A DNA stretch of 64,000 nt, from the NCBI GenBank assembly GCA_013239625.1, contig MU056000.1, forward strand, positions 11,793,175 through 11,857,174, given 5' to 3'. Under the pieces are notes generated by a model. It saw only the letters and a list, made by a program, of their open reading frames with translations, made no database searches and was not told the origin of the DNA. The stretch comes from Lama guanicoe. Taxonomy: Eukaryota. This document shows positions 22,612 through 35,561 of the stretch, in pieces. Within the stretch, counting starts at the first letter, position 1. Each line of letters starts with the position of its first letter. Made by a program: the position numbers and the translations under genes.

Positions 22612-23560
22612 TAAGCAGTTAAAACAACAAGATGTCACTCACTACACACCTATTAAAATGGCCAAAACCCAGAACACTGACAACACCAAATGTTGACAAG
22701 GATGTGGAGCAACAGAACTGGTGGGAAAGTAAAACTATATGGCCACTTTGGAAGACAGTTTGATGATTTCTTGCAAAACTATACATACTCTTACCATATG
22801 ATCTAGCAACCATGCACTTGTGTGTTTCCCCAAGAGAGCTGACAGCTTTTGTCCACACAAAAACCTGCACATAGATGTTTATAGAAGCTTCATTCATAAT
22901 TTCCCAGACTTGGAAGTGACAAAAATGTCCTTCAGTAGGTGAATGGATAATTAAACTGTGGTACATCCAGACAATGGAGTATTATCCAGTGCTAAAAAGA
23001 AATGAGCTATCAGGCTAGGAAAAGATGTGGAGGAAACTTAAATACATATGATTAAGTGAAGAAGCCAGTCTGAAAAGGGAGAGATGGAAGAACAGGTGGA
23101 GCACAGAGGATTTTTAGGGCAATGAAACTACTCTGTTTGATACTATAATATATCATAATTATACTATAATATATCATAATTATACTATAATATATAATAA
23201 TTATAATATAACATAATTATAATATAATATATCATAATTATACTATAATAATAATTATGTGTACTATAATACTATAATGTATTATAATATATAATACATG
23301 TCATTATACATTTGCCCAAACCCATAGAATGCACAACAGCAGGGTGAACTTTAATGTAAACTCTGGACTCTGGATGATCATGGTGTGTCAACATAGGTTC
23401 ATCAGTTGTATCAAATGTACCACTTTGGTGGGAGATGTTCATGATGGGGAAGCTATGCATGTGTGATGGGATGGCAGAGGGTGTGTGGGAAAGCTCTTGC
23501 CCCTTCTTTTCAATTTTGCTGTGAACCTAAAACTATTCTAAAGAAATAAAGTCTTTTTTT
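22612..23560 (+). mobile_element. L1MC1-like 3' end
   Basis: 'cactacacacctattaaaatggccaaaacccagaacactgacaacaccaaatg', with a 3' UTR homologous to 1-460. Confidence 0.9.
23140..23296. repeat. AT-rich 21-bp minisatellite (atactataatatatcataatt), degenerating 3'
   Basis: Three near-perfect copies at 23140-23202, then degenerate copies. Confidence 0.85.
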
Positions 23561-23569
23561 TTTAAGTGA

Positions 23570-23790
23570 GCAACATTCTTCTAGGAATTTCTCTTAGAAA
23601 TGTCAAACTATGTGTACAAAGATATCTGTGCTGGCTTTGATTACACATAGAAAATTTAGAAAAAATCTAAATGTTGAACAAGAGAGCATCCTATTATCCC
23701 TCACAGTTTATAAGGCATCTCTCAAATATGAAAGTGTCCATCTGCACTTATTGTAATGGAAAAATGCTTGGGACTCATTGCCCAGTGAGA
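23570..23790 (+). mobile_element. Old L1ME-like fragment
   Basis: 'cattcttctaggaattt...atgtgtacaaagatat...aaaatctaaatgt'. Confidence 0.5.
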
Positions 23791-23806
23791 AATTAGAATA
23801 ATGAGA

Positions 23807-24575
23807 ATTTTTTTGTTGAAGTATAGATGACTTACAATATTATGTTAGCTTCAGGTATATAGCAAAGTGATTCAGTCATATATATGTTTTTTCAATTTTT
23901 TTCATTATATATTATTACAAGATGTTGCATATATTTCACTGTACTTTATGGTAAATCCTTGTTGTTTACCTGTTTTATACATAGTAGTGTGTATCTGTTA
24001 ATTCCATATGCCTAATTTATCCCTCTGTTCACTTTCTCCTTTGGTAACCATAAATTTGTTTTCTGTGTCTATGAGTCTCTATTTTGTAAATAAATTCATT
24101 TGTATTATTTTTAGATTACACATACAGGTGACATCATATAATATTTGTCTTTCTCTGACTTACTTCACTCAGCGTGATAATCTCTAGGTCCATACATGTT
24201 GCTGCAAAGGCGATATTTCATTTTTTATGGCTGAGTAATGTTCCATTGTGTGTATGTATATATATATACACTACATCTTCTCTATCCAGTCATCTGTTGA
24301 TGGATGTTTAGGTTGCTTCCATGGCTTGGCTATTGTAAATAGTGCTGCTATGTACATTGGGGTGCATGTATCTTTTCTAGTTAGAATTTTCTCTAGATAT
24401 ATGCCCAGGAGAGGGATTACTGGGTTATGGATTAAGTCTATTTTTAGTTTTTTAAGGAACTTTCATGCTGTTTTCCATAGCGGTTGCACCAATTGACATT
24501 CCCACCAACAGTGCAGGAGGGTTCCCTTTTCTCCACACCCTCCCCAGCATTTATTATTTGTAGACTTTTTGATGA
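23807..24575 (-). mobile_element. L1 3' end, older cetartiodactyl-type
   Basis: Begins with poly(T) then 'ttgaagtatagatgacttacaatatt'. Antisense ORF2 C-terminus. Homologous to 58141-58990. Confidence 0.9.
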
Positions 24576-24579
24576 TTTT

Positions 24580-24865
24580 TTTAATGAATATCTACAATGT
24601 ACTAGTTGTCACACTTACCTCATTTTAACCCCTGTAACCAGCCTCTGGGTGTACATGTTATTTTTATCTAATTTCATATGAGGAAACTGAGCCTACAGGT
24701 GGTTAAGCACCTTGTGTGAGTACTTTCTGACTTAAGTTAGATGTTTATGTTAAGTTACTTACTCAAGTTTAGTACTTAGGTTAAGTACTTACAGAGCCAG
24801 TGAGCAGGAAGGCTGTGGTTTAAACATGGGTTTTTCTGACCCTAAAACTCATACCCTAAACCGTT
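24580..24865 (-). mobile_element. MIR SINE with an internal AT-rich insertion
   Basis: 'atgaggaaactgagcctacaggtggttaagcacctt...gccagtgagcaggaaggctgtggtttaaac'. Confidence 0.7.
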
Positions 24866-25599
24866 TAGAAAAGCATACAGAATATGATCTCATTTCCTTA
24901 AGAAAAAAAACTCGTAAGTATATAGTCATAGTAAACAATTTCATCTGTTCCATGACGCACTCTTTTTTCACGACCTGGCTGCAGCTTAAAATTGATTGTG
25001 TCCTACAGTTGCTGACAGTTTGGAGTAAAGAGGCTGAATTCTTCAGAGAGGATTTGGAATTGATTCTGCCAGCTTTTTAGTTAAATTAAATTAAATTCTC
25101 TTCTTTAGGAGTGTTGGACCGCTTGGGAGCTGTGACTTTAGATGGCACACCTATACAGAGGTAACAACTTGTGTACTTGAAATTCTCAAGGGAGAATTTT
25201 TTCCTTCCTCCACCCAGCACTAAGTTAAGAATAAAAGTGTCTTTCTGTTCCTTTCTGTATGGTGTGTGTGTATCTTTTGGGTCCCAGATTTATTTGGGGA
25301 GGTTGAGTGACAGGGGTATCTATTACCTTGATAAACTTGAATCTTGGGTTTCTATCTGTCTTAGTGTTATGTCTCATAATTAATAACTTTTTAGATTATA
25401 TAAAATATGCTACTTAACATATTTTATGAGTAGGCAGAGACACATTTGAGGACAATCAGGCTTTGGTGAGTGGCTGGTTGTTGTATCTGGAAGATGGGAA
25501 AACATAGGAGCCAAAGCTGTCTCATAAATTTCCAGCCTGGGACACGGGAGAGGTACACCCAGAGGAAGATATCAAGAGGTAGATTTATTTGTGTGCTTT

Positions 25600-26650
25600 T
25601 ATTTTGTTCCATCTATTTAATATATTCTTTTGGTAGATTCGGGGCAATAATAAATTCAACTCGTATTGGTAGATATAAGATGCTTGAAGGATATTCAGGG
25701 AGCAATGACAAATATCTTCAGTTGGAAATGTAAGTGGGGGTTAGTAGCTATGGTGGTAAATATAGATCTAGAATCATGAGCAGAGAGGTAACAGCAGAAG
25801 TTATGACAGAAAATAGTATCACCTGGTGAGCAGAACAGAACAAGGAAAAGAGCAAACGATAGTGGAAGCCATCACCAGTTTAAGGAGGAAGGGAAGGAAA
25901 AGGAGTGATCGGAGAGTGACGTAAAACTCGGACAGTGAAATTTTGGATGGTATGTCAGGGAGATTTTCGGGAGTTATCTAAAGACATGTAGAATGAAGCC
26001 CAGAACAGATCACTGAATTGGAAAATGAAGTCAACTCCAACTGACCGAGTTTGTCCCGGCTGCTCTAACAAACCTATCACAGTCTAGGTGGCTTAAACAG
26101 CAAATGTTTATTTCTCATCGTCCTTGACAGCAAGCTGGAGTTCAAGATCAGGGTACCAGCATGGTCAGGTTCTTGGCAAACACTTTCTTCCAGGTTTGCA
26201 GATGCTGTATCCTTACACGGTAGGCACAGAGGGAGGGAGGGAGAGACAGAGAAGGAAAGAGAAAAGAGAGAAAGAGAGAGAGAGAGCTAGCCTTCTGTTC
26301 TTATAAAGGCACTAAGACCGTCACAGGAGCTCCATCCTCGTGACCTCATCCAATCCTAATTACCTCCTGAGGCCCCACCTCCTAATACCATCAGATTGGG
26401 GGTTGACTTCAATATATGAATTTTGGGGTATGCAAACATTTAGTCCATAGCAATAACCTTGGCAAAAACAGTTTTGAGAGAATAAGGTTAGCAGATGCAC
26501 TGGAACAAGTTGAGGAATAAATGGGGTCATAGAGAGTGGATGGGGAGTGGAGTACTCTTACATGGAGGCTGACCCCGAAAGAAAGGAAAGAACCGTATCT
26601 GGTCAGACTGTTGTTCAAGCAGCCATGGGGCCCGGGGGGAGATGGGAAAG
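25600..26650 (-). mobile_element. LINE-2 fragment interrupted by an MLT1A LTR
   Basis: Purine-rich antisense L2 sequence on both sides of 26042-26452. Confidence 0.5.
26042..26452 (-). mobile_element. MaLR solo LTR, MLT1A-like, with internal (GA)n
   Basis: 'ctaggtggcttaaacagcaaatgtttatttctca', 'cctaattacctcctgaggccccacctcctaatacc'; ends 'tagtccatagca'. Confidence 0.9.
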
Positions 26651-26679
26651 ATGCAGCAATGAACACGTGCGATCCTTAC

Positions 26680-26830
26680 GAGATTCCCCTCAAACAGCCT
26701 TTACCACCTACACTTTGCAGATGAGGAAACTGAGACTCAGAAAGATTAAATACATTTCTCCAGATCACCCAGCTGGGTAAGTGAATGAAGCCAGGATTTT
26801 AACCTAAGTCTCTCTGAATCTGATGAGTCC
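26680..26830 (-). mobile_element. MIR SINE
   Basis: 'cactttgcagatgaggaaactgagactcagaaagattaaa...gaagccaggatttt'. Confidence 0.85.
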
Positions 26831-28089
26831 CCACGCCCCCTGTGGAAGAGCAAAAGTTAAGTAATAAGCATGAGTTACAAATACGAGAGCTGCAGAGACA
26901 TACAGCTGGGCACAGATTACATAGATTCTGAACGCTGCTTTCTGCACAGAGGAGAACTCTGTCTTGGAGGCTGCTAAGGAGCATCAGTGGCTTTAGCTGA
27001 ATGCTTTTACTGAATCCTGCTATTCAGGTGTCACCTGGCATAAGGAGATACTAGTAGGCACCTTAATAACACTGAGTCTTACAAAAAGAATCATTATACA
27101 CCTTTGCAGCAATCCGCAACCTAGGAGTACTCAAGCAAGTGCTTCTTTTTCTGGAAGATTCCTGCAATCTGCTCCTTGTTTAGCTCTAGTCTTCTGTCAC
27201 TATTGGGTTATATAGAAGGCCTTCAAGGTTTGCCGGGATGCAGTGCCATTGTTCAGAATTATGGCATTTAACCAAAGACTGAACTCAGAAAATTCAGCAG
27301 CCAGTCCTGCACTCAGTAAGATGAAGGATAAATACAGGGGCAACTGGCCGCATAGTTCATTGCCTGACTTTCATACTTCTCCTCTGTTCTAAGAGTATTT
27401 CACTCTGCCCCTGTCCTCCATCTGTCTTTGTATTATTCTATACAACTGAAACTCTCAAAACAGCTAAAGTGGATTTATGAGGCTCTAATGGGGGTCCCGT
27501 TTATAACTGGGGCAAGCTGTGTTTCTTGTTGGCTTACTAGTCAACTCTTTCTCAAAGACACTGTCCAGAAAAATCGGTTTTGTTGAAGTTGCATTTGGAA
27601 TGCTGTCTGTAGCAAGTTTACCTCTTGCTCCCAGAAGTGTTCACTATTCTCAGGCCATTAGGTTAGAAGTGTGAATGGTTATATCATACAAAACACAAGA
27701 ATGGCCCAAAGTTTACAATAAGTGGACAGTTGCATGCAGCTATATTCACATATTTCGCATTTGCTTGTTTGAGGCTGTTAACAGGAAAAGTGACTACCGT
27801 TTCCACCTATGGTAAAAATTAAAGCATTCAATCATGTAGGAGGATTTATTACACAAGATCAGGGAGCTGAAGATCCCGAGTTGTAGCTTTTTATATAACT
27901 ACCAAGTTTACCCAAAGAATTTGAAGTGGAAAATGATTTTCAGAAATAGAAATTCTCCAACCTTTTTACAAATACACTGTGTGAGCCTAAACAAGCCCTT
28001 TTATTTCTCTGGTTCAAGGTCCCTCTGTCTGCCTTGACTCTGTGGTCCCAGGGGAGAGACGTCTCCTCCTACTCTTGGACCAGAGCTGC

Positions 28090-28410
28090 TGTGACTGGCT
28101 TCCCCATCCATAGAGAATGGGAAGGATATCCAAGCTCATCAAAGAGAAAACTATGACCACAAGGTGGCAGTCGCACACACAAGGTTTATTTGGGTACCGC
28201 TTTGACAAGTTTACTCGTGGGGAGTTCCTCACGGCATGGAACTGTCCAAAGGCTACAGCAGAGGGACCACCACCCAGAAGAGGAGGAGGGCAAGGGAGCA
28301 CAGGGGACAGTGGATCAGAGAGGGAACTTGCACATCTAAGTGACGTCACTCAGCAGCCCAGCAGGGACTCTGGGTCAGAGGGCCCCAAACGACAGCAGCA
28401 CTGACCTGAG
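28090..28410 (-). mobile_element. Possible ERVL-class LTR (LTR41-like, tentative)
   Basis: Antisense poly(A) signal ('ggtttattt') next to a CTCF-like motif. The family call is from memory only. Confidence 0.3.
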
Positions 28411-28959
28411 GTCTTTGTAGCCCCAGAGTTCATCTTGTGTATGTCTAGAAGACGCCAAGCAGTTTCATGTGGCATGCAAACAAGGAAAGCTCTAAATGGA
28501 AAAAAAAATGGCTTATCTGGGTTATTTTTAAAACAATTGGATGTGAAAAAAAATGAGTTTGGCACAGACTTTTGAGCTAACAAGGCTTCACAGTCCTGAA
28601 GAGATAAATGCTCTAGGGGCTAATCCACAGCGGCCGCCTTTGGTTCCTCTGTAAAGCTCCGTCCCTTTTTCGCACATCCTTTATCTCTGCTGGGAGCTCT
28701 GCTCCTGCTCACATCCCCACCTCGGCTCAGCTGCACCCAACTCCAGGTGGCAGTCCCAGCGTGCTCCACTCCAGGCCTGTCACTCCTTGGCCCTCCAAGC
28801 TCTGCAGACTGGAGTCGTGGTGCTCAGACTTCTGCGGCATCTCTGACGGCACATCCTGCTTGGGCCCTGTCCTTGTCCTTGTGTTCTCTCTGCTACCTGC
28901 ATGGTTTCCTGCCCCCTGTTTCTCTTTCCCTTCATTTCTTTGTTGTTGTCTTAACAGTA

Positions 28960-29130
28960 TTTATCTCAGGCTGCAATTAATTCACTTTTAGATTTTTTAA
29001 TTCATGCTCTCGCCTTTCCTCTACTAGAAAACACAGACCTCCTCTGCTTTGTTCACCCCTGGATCACCAATGCCTGGAACAGTGCCCGGCATAGATAAGG
29101 TGCAAAGTTGCCTAATGAATGAATGAATCA
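28960..29130 (+). mobile_element. LINE-2 3' tail
   Basis: 'tgcctggaacagtgcccggcatagataagg...aatgaatgaatgaatc'. Confidence 0.8.
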
Positions 29131-30209
29131 TGTGGCTCAGAGCCATGCAATCCAAACCTTCTCTGAGGAATAAATGGTCCATTTTTTTCAAAGCCACACT
29201 TTTAAAGTGGTAATATTCATGCATAAGTTCCAGGAAGTTTGTTTTAAAACACAAATTGAATATTAAAGCCTCCTTTTCCTGCCTTTAAACATTGCTTCAA
29301 GGATCATTTTATAATAATTAGCTTAGGTCTGGCACCTAAGAAATTGCTCATACCAGCGGCTATCCAAGAACAGTGATCATATCATGAATATTCATGAATC
29401 ATATATTGCTTGATGTATGGCTTTAAAGATTGGAAAACATTGCTCACATTTCATTCCTTTAACAAATATTTATTAGACATCTATTATGTGTCATGTGCTC
29501 GGCTAAGCCCCAAAGATAAACTGGTAAAGCAAAACAGGCAGAATGAAAATCATGGCAGTCCCTACACCAGGATTTTTCCAGAAAGTATTCTGAGAAGCAT
29601 AACACAAAGACACTTCTCTTAAGAAGGATGAAGCCTTCCACGGTCAGAAAGGGTTAGGCTTCTTCACAAAGAGTCATCACGCACGTGAAAATGGAAGAGG
29701 CTTTGAGAAGTCCTGCCATTTAAACGCAGTTTTAATCCAGAATTTTCCAAACTTAGATTTGGCTACAGAAGTCCTAGTAACACACCTCAGAACTACACTT
29801 TGACAAAGTATTCTTTGGAACGTGTTCTTCTAGCTAGATCTATCGTAAACAGGTACCAGAGGCCAGAGGAAATGGCCACGTGGGAAACCTGAGTTCCTCC
29901 GGCTGCAGTCCAGGGAACAGCAGTGAGGACTCTGACAGAGGCCCTTTCAGGTCAGGAGAACAGCCTTTTGTAGCATTCATGTGAGTCCATCTTTGCATTT
30001 GGGCTTTTCAGTATAATTGGCAATTCACTTATAACATTTAATCACCTCTACTCCCTTACCAATAACAGCGCTCATCCGTTTGTTAATTCCAATAAAAGAT
30101 TTGTGTTGCAATCGTTTCATTATTGTAGCATACAGCAGTGGGCAAAATATAGGGTTTACCAGATCTTACTTGAGGCTCCAATAGGTTGGGAAACCCGTTT
30201 CAGCCATAT

Positions 30210-30440
30210 TTATAATAGCTAATGTTCATCAAGTTCTTACTATGCACTAACCACTTTATCTAAGTTATTCCTTTTAATTTTAAAAACATCCCTATGAAGT
30301 ATCTCCTAATAGTACTTTCAACCTACTTAGAATAAACAAACAGCGAGGAAGTGTGCATGTGTGAATGTGGGTGGGCAGGGGCGGGGAGGGTGATCTCAAT
30401 CCAAATCTGGGCAATTTGACCCAGAGCCTCCTTAATCACA
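30210..30440 (-). mobile_element. MIR SINE (degraded)
   Basis: 'ataatagctaatgttcatcaagttcttactatg...ctgggcaatttgacccagagcc'. Confidence 0.55.
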
Positions 30441-30509
30441 GCACTAATCACATAATGACCCCCCTAGACTTGTGCTGTGCCTCGCAGTAGCCACAAAGCC
30501 TGGGGAGCA

Positions 30510-31040
30510 AAGGAGGACTTGTACACATTGAGATGAGCCTAAGAGAACGTCAATATTTGAAGATGAGAGTTCAGAAGAATTGGAAAAGGAGCCTGAGGAG
30601 GAACCAGGGGTGACCTGGGGTGTCCTGGAAGTCAAGTGAAGGAAGTGTTTCAAGGGGAGAGAGAAGTCAGCTTGTGAAATGCTGAAGGTCAAGTTAGATA
30701 ACTACTGGAAAAGGACCACTGGACTGGGCAGTGTGGATGTCAGTAATGACCTTGGTAGGAGTAGTTCTGGTGCCTTTAGAGGGATGAAAACATGGCCTAA
30801 ATCCATTCAATCGGAGGGCGGGAAATAGAGCTGGAGCGCACAGACAGCACTCCTGAGAAATTTTGCTGTAAGAGAAGGAGAGAAATAGGGCAATAGCTGG
30901 AAGGTGAAATGGGTTCAAGAGAAGGTTTTTTATTTTTTCTAGGAATGGAGAAATAGCACGCTTGTATGCTGATGGTTATGATACAGTAGGTTAGGGGAAA
31001 TTGCTGTCATATAAGAAAGGGTTTAAAATTGCTGGAGCAC
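30510..31040 (-). mobile_element. LINE-2 internal fragment
   Basis: 'gtgtcctggaagtcaagtgaaggaagtgtttcaagg...aaatgctgaaggtcaagttagat...gtaatgaccttgg'. Confidence 0.8.
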
Positions 31041-31269
31041 CTGGCAACAAAAAAAAATTATTCTAAATCAGGAAGTAATTGAATTCCACTGGCCAACAAC
31101 TCTGACAGTTATTTTTAAAAGAAGACATTCTCAGGAGGTAAAAAGGAGACCACGCACATCTTATATAGAAAGAGCCACCATGTCTCTCTTCAAGGTTTTT
31201 GCATATTTTCTGTTGACCTCCAGCCTTCTCCCTTTAGAAATCTAGTTCTCGTTTCTTACTTTATTCTAG

Positions 31270-31515
31270 TCTCTGTTCGCGTATCATGTCCCCAGAGATG
31301 TCTCTCCCTGACAACGCAGTCTAAAGCGGCACTCTTACCCAACGTCTGTCTCACCTACTGAACTACTCGCTTATTTTTCTTTATCTTTACCTGGGACTGT
31401 GCCTGTTTTGGATACCAGTGAACACACAGTGCCTAGAACACGGGAGCTGGCACAAAGCAGGCACTAAATAAACACTGAATGAATGAGCAGATGAGTATGT
31501 GAATGGAAAAATGAA
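31270..31515 (+). mobile_element. LINE-2 3' tail
   Basis: 'cagtgcctagaacacgggagctggcacaaagcaggcactaaataaacactgaatgaatga'. Confidence 0.75.
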
Positions 31516-31599
31516 GGCAAAAAACGCTATCCCCAGGAGGGAAAACTTACCTATGTTTTAGGTTCGTAATAAGAAAGCAGTCATTTAAAATACTCCCCC

Positions 31600-32300
31600 C
31601 CCCCGCAAGTTTAAACCATTAAAAGACAGTCGTATCACAGGAGGGAATGCAGTAAACCTTTCTGCTAAGAGGATTCCACTTAGCTAAGAAAAACCAGAAA
31701 ATAAACGTCAGTCTAGAGAATATTTTACTTGAAAATTAAGCGCTCGTGGAGTCTCATAAGGGATGAGTTTCGTCAAGCACGTGGCATGCTCGATGAACCA
31801 CTTTCACTGGTGTCATTTCTGGTGGGGTAGGTTTAAGTGTGTCAAGAGACACACACGTTAGACACAAGAACTATGCAAAAATGCATACAGAACCCATTGT
31901 CTAGTTCTGAGAACTAGGTAAGCCTTACTTCCGGTTGCTAATCACATCGGCGTTGATGGGAATTGCCGTGTTAAGTTGCACGAGGCATGCCTTGCCAAAG
32001 GATCAATTTAATGTTCTGCCCTAAGGAGGACCCATCGTCTGAATAGTTTCCTCGTTACAGATTCAGGCAACGTGAGACGGCACTTTCAGATATTCCTGGC
32101 TGAATTCCAGCTCCGTATTCATAAATTCATTGATTTGGTTGGGGAAATGAGTGAGGAGGATGGGGGTGGAGTCGGGGGCTGGGTGGGCACACCGGCCAAA
32201 GCAAACCAGGTGAATTACTCCTTCCATTTGTTGTGCAGACCGACAAAACACAACTGTAGCTCAGCTTCAGGAATGGCACTGCCCCCTGCTGCGTATTTTC
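31600..32300. promoter_or_regulatory. Candidate cis-regulatory element (repeat-poor, relatively CpG-retaining, motif cluster)
   Basis: CACGTG at 31778, STAT-type TTCTGAGAA inside a palindrome at 31901-31917, ETS ACTTCCGG at 31927, p53 half-site AGGCATGCCT at 31983. Confidence 0.35.
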
Positions 32301-35009
32301 CATTTTAAAGAAACTCTGCTGGCTTGGTGACATTATTACATATAGACGTTTTTTCATTTCTAAGTATATATTGTATATAATTCACTCAGCCCTAAGATTT
32401 TGTTCCATTTTCTTCATTCCAAAACCTTGAGCATCTCCTTAAGCAGAAATCTACAAATGCTCTTCTGGAATTCTTCAGGGCAGCCTAAAAGGGGAAATTT
32501 CAAAAAAGTCAGAAAGAAAAAGTACTCACATCCGTTTTTAGACATTATGACCCAACCGGCTATCCGAGTTAAATCATTTTCACTCTTTTATAAAAATTTC
32601 TATTTTTTTTGAAAGACTTACGACTTATTTCCAAGATTTTTATCCATGTTCCTAACGCATAGCCCTGTGATAAACCCCTAACCTCACCCAAGCAGCAGAG
32701 GGGCTACAGACACAATTTTAGAACCTGATAGAACTTGAGGTTGACCTTTTTTAGTCCCCAAAACAGTCCACAATCTTCCAAGATTAAAGGCCTTAGAACA
32801 AAAAGAAGGTGAAATGTGTGTGTAGCCTTTCAGATAATCTTGCTTTATATGCCAGATGATTTATCTTTTGTATCCTGAAGGTGGTCACTGGCTTTCATTC
32901 ATTAATTCATTAACTCACCCTACGTTCATCAAGTCTTTTGGAAACACCTACTAATGACATAGAAGTGAAGGAGGTGTTGGAACAGCACAGGTCATCATCA
33001 TTCAGGGTTTCCTATCCTGTTTGTGTTAATGTCCCTCTCGCCCTCTGAGGCACATCCTCTTGCCTTTATGATTTGCAGAAACTGCGTGTATCACATGCAC
33101 CCAGTGGACCTGTCAGAGAGCAGTCATTGCCTAACTTCAAAAAACAGACATTTCTTCAGGCTTCTTATGCAAGTGGATTCATTACAGTCCTTGGAGGGGG
33201 ATGCTGTGCTTATCATTGGGGGTATTTCAGGATGTCTATGCAAGGTGCTCCATACAGTTATTCAAAGCCCCTTGGCGGACTAATTTCATTACACTGCGTT
33301 GGACCAGGAAATGGTTCTTCTCCAAAAGGTCAGATCGGATGTACCGTGGCATCGGATGTTTTCCGTACCTTCTTCCGCCATGAATAATTGATCAAAAAGC
33401 ATTCTCAAATTCTGAACAACACAAGTACAGAATGAATTATTAACACAAGCTTCCCCAATCTAATCATCCTCTCTTCCTCTTTGATTCTCTCCTCCCTGCT
33501 CTTAACATGACTCAGGAGAGAGGTCTCTATTCGGGGTTCTTCTGTCAAAGACCTGAGTACTCAGAGTCTCTGTGTCTCATTTCTTTGTCTGCAAAGGAAA
33601 GGTTTGAATTAGATGGTTTTATGGCCTGTTGGTTCTCAATAGTTTTCATTTTCATATCAAGGTTCAGGAATAGGAGTAATTCTTTTCCCCCAATGCAAAC
33701 CAGCTGCTCCTCTGAATGAAGGTTTGAGAAATCTCTACCCAGTGTTTGGTGAAAATCAATGGTTAGAATGGAAGAATAAGTTGCCACTGGTTACTCTCAT
33801 AATAATGAACCTAAGTCATTGGTAGCACTTGTTCAAAACCAGAAGAGAAACTGCAAATTATGTGGAATACTGAAATTGTGGTTTGACTGCTCAGCAGTGA
33901 ATTTTCTGAAAGGAGATTCTCCCCTTAGTCCCTTGCTCTTTGATTGCGTCTGGCAGAGGTCAGGCCTTTCCCTTAATGTCAGAAAGTTTAACCTGGTGGA
34001 TATGCTTTAACTTTTTTTCCTTCTTGCCACTTTCCATCTTCATCACTCCTCTCTCCACCCCACCCCACCCCTTTCTCCTTATTCTTTTGTGCTGCCAACT
34101 AATTGCTATCTTTGTAATCTGAAATGGAGCTTAAAGACAGTGGAGAGAGAGGGAGAGAAAGACAGGGAGAAACAGCTGTGGGCATCGTCTGGTAGAAACA
34201 GAAATATAACTAAGAGCAGAGAGTGACCGCCCTGTATTTACTTTCCCTGCTTCCCCTTGTTCCCAGTCCAAGAGGTTTTCATTTAGACGATGAGCATTGT
34301 GTGTCTCGTGGACATAAAATAAGACTTGATGTTGGTGTTGGATGTCTAGCCTCAGCGCATCCTGTGATGAGTGTGCAGTCTAGCAGGGTGTGGGGTCTTC
34401 AGGGAGCCAGACGTCTGGGACCCCACAGTGGCTGCTCTGAAATCCAAGATCCATCAAAGCCAGTGGAAGAGGAGGGGCAGGGAAAGGGAGCAGTGAGATG
34501 GAGCGAGCAAGAGAGTGAAATAAAGGGGAAGAGCGTTTGTTTGTTTTTGGACATTTGTTTCTGAGAGTATTCATTGAACTCAGTCCATCTCACCCGGGAG
34601 GAGTAGCATGGCCGCTGTTGGCTTGGCCTGGGAGGAGATGACATCAAACTTGAAAGATTTTTTTTCTTCAATACCTTTAAAAAGAAATCTACATCCACAA
34701 AAATTATGCTGACAAAGATTAATTTATCCTGTATGACCAAACGGCATATTGTAAAAGGGAAGACATATTATGCACCATTGGAAAAAAGTTCTCATAAATT
34801 GTTTCTTAGAGGGTTATGAAGATGCAACTCAACTTTGTTTTTTTGTGTTCAATCCATTGTGAGCATATCATGCATGAGGCCCTGGAGCAATGAAGGATGA
34901 AGGAGACAAGGTCCATACCCTTGAGAAGCTGATGGTTCTAGTGGAGTAGAATATTGGTCAGCCTACTTGGTTGCCAGCAACACTTGGGCTATTTTCAACA
35001 ACAACAAAA

Positions 35010-35380
35010 AAAGGTATTTTTAAAGAAGGTTGCTGGGTAGCTCAAAGAATCACCAGAATAGCTGGACCTTTTCCCTGGGACTAAAAGAGGCTCCCTCTGC
35101 CAAAGCCATGTTGAGAAGCAGTCTATTTGGGCCATGAGTTGCGACAGCATGCCACTGAACACTCCCATGGTGGTCACTGCCACTGCCACCACCACTGGAC
35201 AATGAATAAATTCTGAACTCTTGCTATGACTTTTCGTTAGTAACCCAAGATTAAAAGTCCCAAGACCAACATAGTGAGTACCTGTCCCTGAGGTTTTATC
35301 AAATGTACACAGTGGGGGGTTCTCCCTAAGTAGAAAGTGGAAATGGATGCTGCCAGGCAAAAATCTTTGTAAAGGATAAC
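35010..35380 (-). mobile_element. Old MLT1-type LTR relic
   Basis: 'aaggttgctgggtagctcaaagaatcacc' and 'caagattaaaagtccc' resemble antisense old MLT1. Confidence 0.4.
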
Positions 35381-35561
35381 TGTGCACTATTTGGATATAG
35401 ACACCTATATAGATCCATTCAGTATGAAGTGGACGGTGCTGTAATGGCAAAGGAGAGGCCCTTGCCAAGGGGGCCAGGGAAGCCTTCCAAGGGGAAGCTG
35501 AGTTGAACATCTTGTGGAACAAGATGGTCCATCTGGGACTCTGCAAGCGTTCAGCATTGTT

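Noticed and set aside
23140..23296. CRISPR-like array
   Set aside because: Head-to-tail AT-rich units with no unique spacers, inside a mammalian L1.
19703..23560. One continuous L1MC1 element
   Set aside because: The intervening DNA contains an older MIR and unique sequence, and no shared TSD was found.
29382..29397. 16-bp perfect palindrome tcatgaatattcatga
   Set aside because: About one is expected by chance in 64 kb of AT-rich DNA.
34995..35546. Longest ORF (183 aa) as a protein-coding gene
   Set aside because: No recognisable domain, overlaps a probable MLT1 relic, and has no supporting exon structure.
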